A stretch of 64,000 bases of DNA, from positions 3,100,001 to 3,164,000 of the forward strand of contig NC_087437.1 of the NCBI RefSeq assembly GCF_036321535.1, read 5' to 3'. A program made the translations under genes and the position numbers. How positions within the stretch are numbered: the first letter of the stretch is position 1; the number at the start of each line of letters is the position of its first letter. Positions 1-12,750 of the stretch are shown one piece after another. The notes under the pieces were generated by a model. It saw nothing but the letters and a program-made list of their open reading frames with translations, was not told the DNA's origin and ran no database searches. Origin of the DNA: Camelus dromedarius (Eukaryota).

Positions 1-371
1 CCAGGTGTCAGGGACAGCTTTCCTCTGGCTCAGTGAAACTTGGAAGTTAAGCTGTTCTGTTTTAAAAACACATGCTTAACAGTGGACCGATTTGTTGACT
101 AAAGCAAGATACCAACCATAACAAGTCTTGGATCCAAACAAAATGATCTTTTATTTTTCAGCTGTCCTTATCATCCAAAGAATGATATTAATGATATCAG
201 TGTATGTGGATTCTGTAAGTTAATTTTAAGTCTTCAATTTAACCCCAAGTGTCCCTTCTTTTTCTTCTTTCTTTCTCTGATTAGCTACAGGGAAAATTCC
301 CAGGAGTTCTTCTAAAAACATTCAGGTTTCTGCTTATCTTTCCTATAAAAATCTTTGAAAGAAATACACTA

Positions 372-458
372 AATATGAAAATGAGTGTATGTATATTGAC
401 ACAACATTGTAAACTGACTGTACTTCAAAGAATGAATGAGTGAATGAATAATAAAGAA
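372..458 (+). mobile_element. Very short L1 3'-terminal fragment
   Basis: attgacacaacattgtaaactgactgtacttcaa matches the 3' terminus of other L1 copies in this window; A-rich (GAAT)n tail follows. Confidence 0.7.
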
Positions 459-919
459 ATGCCCCAAGTCCATCAAACAAGGTATGTGTTTTCACAAGAA
501 ATCTGAACAGGAGAGTTTTTTTGAGGATGAGATAGATGGCTTAATTTCTATTCCATTTGTTAAGCCACCTTCTAGTTATGTTTTGTGGAAAGTTATTTTC
601 CAAATGTTCCATTTTATAAACATCACCTGCTCACTGACATTCACTCAACGAATGGCTAATGAATACCAGCCATGTGCCCCGACCCTCCTTGCCACTGGAT
701 GTGAGGATGGACAGTTGTGGCCCTGTCTTCATAAAACTCATATTCCTCAAGGGACAGAAAAATGTGTGAACCAAAATACTCTTTAAAAGCTTAGAGGAGT
801 CAGAGGAAAGTATATTCAACTCTAGATTGGGAAGAGGAGCCAGGGAAAGTTTTATAAAGAAGATGCTACATGAGCTGGATCTTAGGTGATGGGTCTGTCA
901 GGTGGAAGGAATATTATTT

Positions 920-1220
920 AAAATGGGAAAATTATGAAAAGGAATATATGTATGTATATGGATGATTGAAGCATTATGCTGTACACCAGAGATTGACACA
1001 ACATTGTAAACTGACTTTACTTCAATTAAAAATAAATAAAAAATAAACAAAATAGATGTGCAACAAAGATTTACTGTATGACACAGGGAATGATATTCAA
1101 TATCTTGTAATAACCTATAATGGAAAACAACCTAAAAAAAATCTATCACTGAATCACTATGTCATACACAATATTGTAAGTCAACTCTACTACAATAAAA
1201 AATAAATTTAAAAAATAAAC
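920..1220 (+). mobile_element. Two tandem L1 3' ends (younger type ~920-1047, older type ~1048-1220)
   Basis: Two successive L1 3'UTR termini, each ending in an A-rich tail with AATAAA. Confidence 0.8.
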
Positions 1221-2127
1221 AGGGACTATGTTATGTGCAGAAGACTGACTTCAACAAGAGTGTGCAACCCCTTCCAATCACAAACCTGGACATTCTGGTA
1301 AATGACTCTTGGTAAGACTTTGTGAAAGGACCATCATCTTCTTGGCTACAGCTCTGCCCAGGCCATACCCCCAGAAGAGAGTATCTCTTCTGTTTTTAAA
1401 CACCTTTTGAGAAGTGGAGTGCACAGTCATCCTAGGAGGTCGATGGGCTTTGAGTCACAGAAGCTTATTAGCACAGATGGTGTTCAACAGCTCTCAGTGG
1501 GGAGAGGAAGGGACATTCCAGGAGGGATCAGGGGCCAGTTTTGAGGATTTAATCCTTTGAATAGAGAATAACCCTGATGCAGCCTTGAGCTGGAATTAGA
1601 TTGCTTCTGTGCCAGACTTCTCCTGTGAATCTACCACAGGAGACTGGATACGGTACTGTCAGAGGAAACAGCTGACTTCTTTTACATCATGAGATCTTGG
1701 GGAATGGTGGAGAAGCATGAATGGAAATAGATTTATGTGAGTTGCAAGATTTCAGCCCCAGTTACACACAGCCTTACTCATCCAACCTCCTGTATTGTTC
1801 CATACTCCCTTCCTTCACGTCACTTAATCATATTTTTGCCTCTTGGATAATCTCACACTCTGGTTTGCACTCACTGACAGACCCAAACACTGAGTCTGTC
1901 TGCGTTTTACACAAACACACACACACCCCCTTATACACTTACAGGTCCAATTCATAGTTAACTCTGGTTAGTGAGCTTATTCCCAATTGAAGCTGATTCA
2001 AAGAGTCAAACAGTAGGAGACAGTCTCTGTTATACATTTGATGGACACTTCCAGAATAAACATATGAATTTTCTAGGTGTTCTGTATTCAGGAACTTAGA
2101 GTTGGAGGAGCAAGGTAAGATCTAAAT

Positions 2128-2232
2128 GGCAAGACTTTTGTCCATCTCACCCATCACTGAATCTGCAGCTCCTGAAATAGTGTCTGGTTCTGGTGGGCAC
2201 TAAACAAATGTTTGAATGTATCGTTGAATGAG
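2128..2232 (+). mobile_element. L2 3' end relic
   Basis: Resembles the L2 terminus (…gtgtctggt…ggcactaaacaaatgtttgaatg…gaatga). Confidence 0.55.
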
Positions 2233-2474
2233 GTTTCCTCGTACTTGTAGAGACTGTTGGTGTCTCACCACTGCCGAATTTAATCACTTAGAAGTTCTTC
2301 TGTAGAGATCAGTGCACCTTGTCTTGTTATAGCACATTTGTTCTCAATGGGAATATCTTACTTCTTGATAGCATGTGGGTTGAGGATTTGTCTTTCTGTT
2401 ATTTTAATCATCTAACTGGTGTGAAATTTTGTTTCAGTCTGTCTTTTGGGAAGCATTCTCTGGTAATTATTTTA

Positions 2475-3235
2475 GGTAAACTTTTAATTTTACAAATCAT
2501 AAGTGTACAACTCAAGAATTTTTCAGCAGATGAGTCCAACTGTAGAACCAGCACCCAGATTAAGAAACAGAACATCAACAGAACCCCGAGCCCCCTTGTG
2601 CCTCCTTCTGTCTACTATCCCTTGACCTGTGTCCTGACTTCTGGCAGCACTGATTATTTTTGCCTATCTCTGACTTTTATACAGATAGAGCCTGCTGTAT
2701 GTCCTCTCTAGTGTTGGGCTTCTTCCATCCAGCTTTGGATCTGTGAGATTCCTGGTATTGGGTATAGTCCAGTTCATTCATTCTCATTGTTGTTTACTCT
2801 TCTGTTGTGTGGATATACTGCAGTTGATTTATCCATTCAGCTGCTGATTTGGGGTTTCTAGTTTAGGGCTCTTAGGAATAATGCTGCTATGTACGTTCTC
2901 ATGGGTGATTTTTAAAGTGAGCATATTGATTTGTTGCTTTGAGATAAATACCTAGGAGTATGATTGCTGGGTCGTAAATGGAGCAAAGGGTTAGCTTTAG
3001 TAATTATTTCCAAACTGTTTTGCAAAATGGTTGTACAAGAGTGTACTCCCACGAGTAGTGTGTGAGAATTCTAAGTGCTCCACATCTTCCTCAACATTTG
3101 ATAGCGTCTGTCTTTTTTATCTTCCATTCATGCAGTGTGTAGTCACAGCCCAGTGGGATTTTAATCTGCGTGGTCCTGGTGAATACCAAGATGAGCACTT
3201 TCATATATTTGTTGGGCATAAACATTTTATGTAAA
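2475..3235 (-). mobile_element. Ancient L1M (L1MD/L1ME-like) 3' region
   Basis: Typical antisense L1M text (aagtgtacaactc…, atacctaggagt…attgctgggtc, caaactgtttt). Confidence 0.75.
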
Positions 3236-4373
3236 GATTTTTTAGTTGTATCTCTGTTGTGCATATACATTCACAGTGCCAACAGTCACTCTGTTTTCAG
3301 CTATTTCTAATTCACCCCTACAGTAGTTATTACAGTAATAAACAGGGTAATTCTTAGCTATCACAGTCATTTTTGCCATTACTCGCGTATAGTGGAACTT
3401 TAACTCACGAGTATTACTTACATTATTGATTGCTATTTATATTATTAATATGTCTTTCTACTCAGAATGCTCTTCCTGACTCATAATTGTTGTACTCATC
3501 ATTTGTATTACATCCTTAGGCTTTGTAGTAAACCACGCTGCATCTCTGTACCAGCTACGAATGCTTTCAGCTGCGAGAAAAGGCTAGCCGGCTTTGAACA
3601 AATATGGGTTAAACTTCCTCCTGTAACGACAAGTTGTTGGTGTTGGGTCAGCTGCCCCACGTCACCATCAGAGCTGAGATTCTTTTGCATTTTCTTTGTG
3701 CCACCCTCAGTGAATTCGTTGGCCTTTCTTTCGTGGAGTTGTTGCCTCCTGGCCCAAAACAGTTGCTGAGTTGCCACATATGATGCCTACCTAGGAAAAG
3801 TGGGGACGGGCAGTGGGCTATGCCATCTGTGTCTAAACCCCTTTTTCAGTGGGCAAAATTTTGTCCCTGTAACCCTGACCTGCTTAGATGTTAGGGGTCA
3901 GCTGATGGTCACTCTGTCTTTGGTTACTACTAGACGCAAGGGAGGCTGGGGAATTAAGGGGCTGGCTTTGTATCTCCTAAAGCAGAAGGCAGGGAGGAGG
4001 TGTTGATTTGGTGTCAAGGGAACAAAATGAAGTGTTGCTTTAGACTGTTAGAACAGCATGGTACAATCAGCTCCCCCTCAGCCTTGAAGGAAGTAGCACT
4101 GAAATGGCTTTTTCAAGGACAGATAGTGTCCTTTGCTCATGCTTGTGCTCTTCACACCTGGTGCTCGGAGTGTGATTCAGGGAGCACTGGTGGGTTCTCC
4201 CGAGCTGTTTCCTCTGAGTAGTGATTCCCACACGTGGTTCCTTAGATCCTGCCACCTTTTGTCAGTTACTATACAGAATAACCTTCAGCAAAATTGATGA
4301 TAAAACACACACATACATACACTTTCAATGAAAAGGGGAAAAGAATGTCTGAGCAATGAGCAGCTCTCACCAA

Positions 4374-4461
4374 GAAAGAAAAGAAGGAAGGAAGGAAAGA
4401 AAAAAAGAAAGAAAAGAAAGAAAAGAAAGAAAGGAAAGAAAGAGAAAGGAAAGAAAGAAAG
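4374..4461 (+). repeat. (GAAA)n/(GGAA)n polypurine tract
   Basis: About 88 bp made only of A and G. Confidence 0.95.
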
Positions 4462-4710
4462 GCTTGCCTTCCATTTGGTTGTGGTCAGAATTTTGTATAA
4501 ACTAGATCCATACCATTTGCTTTTGCCTGTTACCAGTAAATATGGGATCTTGTTTGTCTTTGGAAAGGTAGATCATTTATTTTTTAAACTGTACTAATGA
4601 GTAAAGAAAACAAAAACACCAGCCAATAAAAGCCTAACAGCCTATTGAAAGTTTTTAAAAGCACAGTGAAATTTCTCATGATAAGAGGCAAAATGGTCTC
4701 TATTTTAAAG

Positions 4711-6843
4711 TTCTTTTCCAGCTTTATTGTGTGTGATTGACAAATAAAAGTTAAATATGTTTACATTTTACAAGGTGGTTTTTAAGGTGTGCAGTGTGGT
4801 AATATAATATATGTATACCTTATGAAATGATTGACACAGTCAAGTTAGTTAACACGTCCTTCACCTCATGTAGTTACTTTTGTGTGTGTGAGCATGCTGA
4901 GAACACTTAAGATACACTCTTTTTGGCAAACTTCAGTTATACAGTCACATATTAACTATGATCACGATGCTGTATGTTAGATTCCCCAGAACTTACTCAT
5001 TTTATAACTGAAATTTGAACCCTTTGACCAGCATCTCCCCATCTCCCCTATCTCCACTGTTCTACTCTCTGGTTCTGCAAGTTTGACTCTTAGATTCCAC
5101 GTATAAGTGAGATCATTCAGTATTTATATTTCTGCACCTGGCTTATTTCACTTAGCATAATGTTCCCCAGGTTCATCTATGTTGTCATAATGGCAGGATT
5201 TCCTTCTTTTTAATGACTCAGTACGTCCATTATGTGTGTGTGAGTGTACATATATATGGGTACATATGTACATATATATGTATGTGTGTGTATATCTTTA
5301 CATACACACACACCGTGGTATATGCATCACACCTTCTTTACCCATCCTTTCACTGATAGACACTTAGGTTGCTTCCATGTCTTGGATGCTGTGAATAATG
5401 CTGCAGTGAACATAGGAGTGCCAGTATCTCTTCAAGATACTGATTTCATTTCCTCTGGTGATATACCCAGAAGTGGGGTTGCCCTGTCACGTATGGTAGT
5501 TCTATTTTTAACTTTTCAGTAAACCTCTGTACTGTTCTGCATAGCAGCTGCACCAATTTACATTCCCACCAACAGTGCACAGGGGTTCCCTTTTTCTCCA
5601 CATCCTCGCCAACACTGTTTCTTGTCTTTTTGATAATAGCCATTCTAACAGATGTGAAGTGGTGTCTCACTGAGGTTTTGATTTTCATTTCCCTGATGAT
5701 TAATTGTGTTGAGGACTTTTTTTAAATAAACCTGTTGGCCATTTGTATGTCTTCGAGAAAATGTCTGCTCATGTCCTTTGGTCATTTTTAACATCAGGTT
5801 ATTAATACTACTTTTTATTATTGAGTTGTATGTGTTTCTTATATATTTTGGATATAACCTCTTATCAGATATATGGTTTGCAAATGTTTTCTCCCATTCC
5901 ATAGATTGCCTTTTCGTTTTACTGATTGTTTCCTTTGTTGTACAGAGCTTTTTAGTTTGATGTAGTCTCACTTGTTTCTGTTTTGCTGTGCTTTTAGTGT
6001 CAAATCCAAAAAATCACTGTCAAGACCAGTGTCAAGGAGCTCACCTCCTATGTTTTTGTCTAGGAGTTTTGGTTTCACGTCTTATGTTTAAGTCTTTAAT
6101 TCATTTCAAGTTAATTTCTGTGTGTGCTGGAGACAAGGGTCCAATATCCATTTCTTGCATGTGGGTGTGCAGTTTCCCCAGCATTGTTTATTGAGAGACT
6201 ATCCTTTTTCTCTTGTGATGTTCTTGGCACCCTTGTCAAAGAATAGTTAACCTTATACATGTGGGTTTACAGCCAGGCCCTCTACTCTCTTCCATTGATC
6301 TGTGCATCTGTTTTTATGCCAGTACCATACTGTTTTTATTATTGTAGCTTTTTATCAGAGTTTGAAATCAGGAAGTATGTTACCAGCTTTGTTCTTCCTC
6401 CTCAGTGTTGCTTTGGCTATTTGATGTCTTTTGTGTTTCCATACAAATTTTAGGTTTTCTTTCTATGTCTGTGAAAAATGGCATTGGTCACCTGCAACTA
6501 ACATTGTAAATCAACTGTACTTCAATAAAAAATAAGAATTTAAAAAATGCCTTTGGGATTTTGCTAGGGATTACATTGAATATGTAGATTGCTTTGGATG
6601 ATATATGCATTTTAATAATATTAATTCTTATAATTCATGAATGTGAGGCATATTTCTATTTATTTGGGTCTTCTTCAGTTTCTTTCATAAATGTCATGGT
6701 TTTTAGCTTATAGATCTTTCACCTCTTTGGTAAAATTTTTTCCTAAGCAGTTTATTCATTTTGATGCTATAGTTAATGGGATTTTTTTTCTTAATTTCCT
6801 TTTTGGGTAGTTTGTCTCTAGTGTATAGAAATACACAACTGAA
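4711..6843 (-). mobile_element. L1 3'UTR plus degraded ORF2 C-terminal part
   Basis: ORF track fragments (MKIKTSVRHHFTSVRMAIIKK…VGEDVEK; KLCTTKETISKTKRQSMEWEKTFANHISDKRL) are L1 ORF2; frameshifted. Confidence 0.92.
6488..6542 (+). mobile_element. 55-bp L1 3' end inserted into the older L1
   Basis: L1 terminus aacattgtaaatcaactgtacttcaataaaaa flanked by degenerate TSD aaaaatggcattgg (6474-6487) / aaaaatgcctttgg (6543-6556). Confidence 0.75.
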
Positions 6844-6844
6844 T

Positions 6845-7322
6845 ATACATCAGGTATCTTTTGTGATCACAATTGTATAGAACTGGAAATCAGTAACAGG
6901 AGGAAAACTAGAAAATTTGGAACTATGTGGAAATTAAATAACATGCTTTTGAACACCCAGTGGGTCCACAAAGAAATAAAAAAATATCTTGAGACAATTG
7001 AAAATGGAAACACAACATACCAGAACTTATGAGATGCAACAAAAGCAGTTGTAAGAAGGACGTTTATAGTGATGAATGTCTACATTAAGGAAAAAAAGAA
7101 CTCAAATAAACAACCTAATTTTATATTTCAAAGAACTAGAAGAACAGTCTCAGCCCAAAGTTAGCAGAAGGAAGGAAATAATAAAGATGAGAACAGAAAT
7201 AAATGGAATAGAGTCTAGAAAGACAATCGAAAAGATTATGAAACTAAGAGCTTTTTTTAAGATAAGCAAAACAGACCTTTAGCTACACTAACAGGGAGGT
7301 GGGAAAGAAAAAAAAAAAGAGG
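6845..7322 (+). mobile_element. Inverted L1 ORF2 segment (end of endonuclease domain and downstream linker)
   Basis: Translates to L1 ORF2-like text (…DHN…LEI…[55 protein letters not shown]). Confidence 0.88.
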
Positions 7323-7964
7323 AGACAAACAGTGTGGCTTCTTAACTAGATTATCTTTTCCACCACCCCACAGAGATGCTTTCTTTCATTTAGCTTTTTT
7401 TTTTTTAATGATCAAGTATTTATTTAGTGTACTGCGTGTTATGATGAAACCCCACAGCATTTAGAGTTTCAGGAGCCCAAGCTAAGCCCCACATCTCCTG
7501 CATGCTTGTGGAGGAAGCCAGGGCCAGTTACTCAGTATCTCAGCCTCCAGCTGCCTTATTGTAAGGTAGGAATAGAGCCCATCTCGTAGGCTTATTGAGA
7601 CAATTAAATGTCATGTTGCAAACCCCTTAGTCAAGGCCAGATAGCAAAGGTTTTGAATGTCAAGTTTAAAGATCTTACATCTGTAGACAGTTTGGGTCTG
7701 ACAGTGGAGATTGGTATGTGGACAATATTTATCAAGCATATACAGGCAATTTTCCTTTTTTGCTTGATGTGGCTTTAAGCCAAAGTCTTTCTAACTTCTC
7801 CCATTGTACAGGGAACTCCAGATATGAATTTTAAAGTGAATTCTTTACCGTAAAGTTGTAATGGACTATGTTCAACGAAACATCTTTGTAGGTGAAATGA
7901 GCGTATTAAGTATAACAAGAAAAATGAAGTAGCATCATTTTCTTTTAGATTAAATCCAATAGGT

Positions 7965-8090
7965 ATGTAGTACTTTCATATACATCAGTTCATTTAAATT
8001 CTACAACTCTGCCAAGTTGGTATTACCTCAGTTGGTAATCGAAGAAATCAAAGCTCAGAGACTGTGGTTTTGCCAAGGTCACACAGCCAA
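7965..8090 (-). mobile_element. MIR relic
   Basis: MIR core in antisense (gaagaaatcaaagctcagaga…gccaaggtcacacagc). Confidence 0.6.
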
Positions 8091-8812
8091 CAAAAGGGAT
8101 CTTCTTATTTCCAGCTTTGCAGCAGCCTCTGAGTACTTCAGGAGTCTAGAAAAGGAAAGGAATTGGTACTTTCTTAAAGTAATTCATTTATAAATGTACT
8201 ATAACATCGTGAGGCCTGGGACTGTGTCCCCTTCCCTGTTTTATCCCCTGTGTTGGGCCCAGTGCCTGCAGTGCCCGAGGTGCTCAACAGCATTTGTCAG
8301 AAGGGCAGCTGGATCCACGAATAGTTTTAAAACTCAAGCAGTTGTAGGATTAAGTGGAAGAGGTCAGATGGTGCATCCATCCTGGATGACAGCCACTGTG
8401 CTGCGGAGGTCAGAGCCTAGCCGGACAAAGATGAACGGGGTGGGCAACTAGTCGCCCCCACTCTTTCCATGGTCTAATGGGGCAGCTGTTCCCTTAAGGT
8501 GGCTTGAGCAGGGAGAGGAAGCTGAGGAGTCAGAGAGAAGGTACAGAGGGTCACTGTCCCTTCCAGCTGCCCCAGTATCCAGTGTACACCCCACCCATTG
8601 CACCCACTGTGCTGAACTCAGATGACCCACTTAGGAGTTGGCCACCCTTCTAGAGTGTGGGCTCCTAGGGACAGAGATGGGGCATTTGCCGTTACTGAAG
8701 TCCCAGCACTGGTGCCAAAGTCTGTGTTGTTGTTTTCCCCCAAGGTATAGTTAGCAAATAAAAATTGTATATATTTAGGTTTTACCACACGATGTTTTAA
8801 GTCAGTATTTCC

Positions 8813-9079
8813 AAACTGTGGTCACCAAAGGGGAAAGGGCGGGGAAGGATAAATTAGGGGTTGGGAATTAACAATACACATTACTATGTATAAAACAGAT
8901 GAACAACAAGGACCTGGATAGCACATAGAGCTATATTCAATATCTTGTAATAACATATAATGGGAAAGAGTCTGAAAAGAAAAAATATGTATATATGTGT
9001 ATGTATAGCTGAATCACTTTGCTGTACACCTGAAACTAAGATTGTAAATCAACTACACCTCAATAAAACATTTTTTTTA
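8813..9079 (+). mobile_element. 5'-truncated L1 3'UTR
   Basis: L1 3'UTR text; TSD aagtcagt(a/g)tttcc at 8799-8812 and 9080-9093. Confidence 0.88.
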
Positions 9080-9093
9080 AAGTCAGTGTTTCC

Positions 9094-9169
9094 TGGGACA
9101 TTACACTGTACACCAGAAATTGACACATTGTACTTTTTTATTGAAGTATTGACTATACTTCAATTAAAA
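9094..9169 (+). mobile_element. Short younger L1 3' end at the same target site
   Basis: ctgtacaccagaaattgacacattgt…tgactatacttcaattaaaaa followed by a third copy of aagtcagtgtt (9170-9180). Confidence 0.8.
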
Positions 9170-10184
9170 AAGTCAGTGTTGCATAGATATCTGTGAACAT
9201 GAACAGGGCACCGAGGCACTAAAGGAAGCGTTCCTGTGCAGTAGGATTTTATCCTCTATAAGGGAACACCATGTGCCTGCAGGTGGTCTCAGAGTCTAGT
9301 TACCAAGTCAGGGCCATAAAGCTTGATCTAAAAGACCAGGCTTTCGAGAAAGGGGGCAGAAGTATTAGCGTGTTGTAAAGGCAGGTTTCTCTGGCCACCT
9401 TTGCCAGAGTAATTATTTTCATCCCCCATTGTGTCAATCAGGGTCCAGTTAGAAGAAGGAAACTACGTAATTTCAAGAGATAGGATTTAATATTAGGAAT
9501 TTTGTAGGAAATTAAAGATGTGAAAAGGCAAATAGGAAAGACTACTGTATGGAAATGACAGCAACTGCAGGAAGCAGCTTCTGCCCTGGGGCTGGAAGAA
9601 TGAAGGGGGAAAATGGACTAGAACTCAGACTTTTGAGGAGGGGCTGGGGCCATGTCCCTGATGGCCGATAAGCCGGTTCTGAGTGTGGGGGAAGCTGCAG
9701 GGCGTCTCAGTAGCTGCCAGGGGAAGAGGTGACGTGGCCAGAGTGAGTGTGTTGCTGGAGAATTGCGATGGTCATGGGGGCAAGGGGCCAGTTTCCTCCT
9801 GGTCCTCCTCCAGCCTTGGCATCGCCTCTAGTGACCTGCGTGGCAGAGGCTGGGAGTCCAGATGCGGAAGCAGACAGCGGTGTTCAGAGTTCCCAGCTGC
9901 AGCAGCATGGCAACGCACCATCATGCAGAGGGCCGGTTTGCAACCCCGAGATAGGAGTTGAGTCAGCGGCAAGCCCACCTCCCTTCCCAAAGCTGCCAGT
10001 CACGAAGAGGGAGCTCCTGCAGGCCTCCCACGGGACAGCTGGGCTCCCCCTGCTGGCCGGGGCTAATACTTAGTAATCAGGCTTCATCCTCACGCTGCTG
10101 CAGTCCTCGGTGAGCGAATGCACATTCCCATTGTCTGAGCTCTTGCCCTGTGATCCCCAGTATGGAGAAGGGGTTAAGCTGCAG

Positions 10185-10420
10185 GCTGTGACAGGCTGTG
10201 AAAGTCTGAATTTACCTAAAGGTTGAATCGGGACTCTACCACCAACTATCTGGACAAGTATTTGCCTCTCTGTGCCCCAGTTCCTTCACTTTTTTCAGCG
10301 AGAGAACCTCCCTAGCAGGGCTAGGGTGGTGTGGACGTTAAGTAAATGAATGCCCATTAAACCCTCAAAATACTTGCTGGTGTTAATAGAGGCTTAGTGA
10401 ACGTCAGTTACTGTTATTTA
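10185..10420 (+). mobile_element. MIR relic
   Basis: MIR core (cctctctgtgccccagttcctt) and 3' tail (gttactgttattt). Confidence 0.55.
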
Positions 10421-10679
10421 TGTTGCCCCTGCGTCGTACAGGGTAGAAGGTTTCGGGGTGGGTAGAGCAAAGTGAGATGGGTCCTCTGAAAATCCATCTG
10501 CCCAGCAAATACGTATTCATGGCCCGTGCTAGATCTTGGAGACATGCCAGTGAAAGATATGGTTCTCAATCTTGTGATCAGTGAAGTAAAGGAATTATAA
10601 CGTCGTGCGATAAGAGCAAGGATTTCATTAAAATGGGTACTGGAGAGTCAGGAAGGTTGCCATCTGATGGCATCTCTAC

Positions 10680-11240
10680 TTGTTTTTTTATTGCTGTGCA
10701 AAACTGTACCCAAAGCCTTAGTGGCTTAAAGCAACACAAATCTTTTATTACCGCCCCCATTTTCTGTGGGTCAAGGGTTAGAGCCAGGCACATCAGGGAT
10801 AGTTTGTCCCTGCTCCACAACGGTCTGGCGTCTTTGCTGGAAAATGTGAAGGCCAGGGGCTGAAACCACTTGAAGGCTCGTTCATGCACACGTGTGTTGT
10901 GTTGCCTGGGGGCCTAGCTGGGCTGTTCTCAGAACATCTATGTGTGGACTCTTCCTATGATCTGAGCTTCCTCAAAACATCATGTCTGGGTTCCCCAGGC
11001 AGTTCTGCCAAGGCAGAGCCAGGTGGAAGGCACATGGCCCTTTACAACCTAGTCTCAGAGGTCCTGCCCTTGTATCGTAGGGTCTTTCTTGAGGCATTGC
11101 AAAGGTCTGCGCAGGTCCGGGTAGGGGAGCCGAGACCCACCTCCTCATGGAGAAATGACCATGTCACGGTATCAGAAGGGTGTATGGGGCAGGGTAGGTG
11201 TCTGTGCAGTCGTCTTTGGAACAGGTATCTGCCTCAGGGT
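10680..11240 (-). mobile_element. MaLR (MLT1-like) solo LTR relic
   Basis: tattgctgtg…cccaaagcttagtggcttaaagcaacac…ttttctgtgggtca is a characteristic MLT1-type end in antisense. Confidence 0.7.
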
Positions 11241-12091
11241 CTAACTCAGCCCCTGGTTAGAAGGAGGTGGTCAGAAAAACAGTCTCAGAGGTGAGGGCAT
11301 TCCTACTGGATTCTGAAATCCCAGAAGGATTTGGCCAGTGAAGAAAGAGGAAGATTATTTCAGATAAAAGGTAAAGTAAGTCAAAGTCCCAGGGGTATGA
11401 GGCCTATTTCTGTCTAGAAAATGACTTGTCATTCATTAGGATTAATTTTCTTTGTATGGTCAGGGTCTGAGCTTACCAAATGTTTCTTCAGAAGAAAGCC
11501 ATGGTTTCTGCCGTCAGACTGAAGACATTGTACCTGGGAGAAACGGGCTCTGGCGTTGGGAGACTAGGCCTCCCACTCCACCTACCTTCTCTGTCTGGAT
11601 GCTCAGGGAGTGTGAAGACGCTCTGGGTAGTTGGTTTCCTCCTCACTGCAGGACCCAGCGCGTTTCCAGGTATGAGTGTGAGATGGTGGGGAAGGAGATG
11701 CCAGCATGCCCGCAGCCCTGCACCAGACGTCCTCACCTGGCCCTTAGCAGGTCCCTGAAGAACGTTCTCCATGCTGACGTCTGAGAGAACAGTCCTCCCA
11801 AAGATCCCCAGGAATACTCTTGAGCCTTTGTTGGTATGTCTTATTGCAACCCCCCCAGCTCTTCTCATTAGGAAAAGTCCAACTGATCCTTATTTTCTAA
11901 CCAAGAGCAGCAGGGAGCCACCTTCAGCTTGGAAGTGCCCGTTACAAGTACCTTCACGTTCCTGGTTCTTCGCCCTTACCCCGCTCCTCTACCCAGGGGC
12001 CAGTTTCAATCTCTGCAATATTTCTTTCTTCTTTGATTCCCTTACATCTCCTTTGCCTTCACTCTAGACTTCTAGAATTTTCTTCCTGGAC

Positions 12092-12750
12092 TTTTTTTTA
12101 ATTGAAGTATAGTCAGTTTATAATGTCAATTTCTGGTGTACAGCATCATGTTTCAATCATGCATATACATACATACATTCCTTTTCATATTCTTTTCCAT
12201 TATAGATCATTACAAGATATCGAATACAGTTCCCTGTGTTGTACAGAAGAAACTTGATGTTTATCTATTTTATATATAGTAGTTAGAATCTGCAAATCTC
12301 AAACTCCCAATTTATCCCTTCCCATTCTTTTCCCCCCCTGGTAACCATGAAGTGTTTTCCTATGTCTGTGAGTCTGTTTCTGTTTTGTAAATAAATTCAT
12401 TTGTGTCCTTTTATTTTTTTCTTTAAGGTTTCACATATGAGTGATACCATGTGGTATTTTTCTTTCTCTTTCTGGCTTACTTCACTTAAAATGACGATCT
12501 CCAGGTCCATCCGTGTTGCTGCAAATGGCATTATTTCATTATTTTTTCATAGTTGAGTAGCATTCCATTGTATAAATATACTACAACTTCTTTATCCAGT
12601 CAAGTGTTGATGGACATTTAGGTTGCTTCCATGTCTTGGCTATTGTAACTATGAACATTGGGGTACATATGTCTTTTCAAATTAGAGTTCTCTCCAGATA
12701 TATGCCTAGGAGTGGGATGGCAGGATCACAGGGTAAGTCTGTTTTCAGTC
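12092..12750 (-). mobile_element. Lineage-specific 5'-truncated L1
   Basis: Poly-T then attgaagtatagtcagttta…; ORF2 C-terminus in antisense; highly similar to other copies in the window. Confidence 0.92.

Noticed and set aside
3508..3777. 89-aa minus-strand ORF in unique sequence
   Set aside because: GTG start, unrecognised product and no supporting gene structure
4328..4597. Lys/Arg-rich ORF resembling a nuclear localisation signal
   Set aside because: Translation of the (GAAA)n repeat
12070..12082. Three-unit heat-shock element TTCtaGAAttTTC
   Set aside because: Only nine fixed bases; about one chance hit is expected in 64 kb
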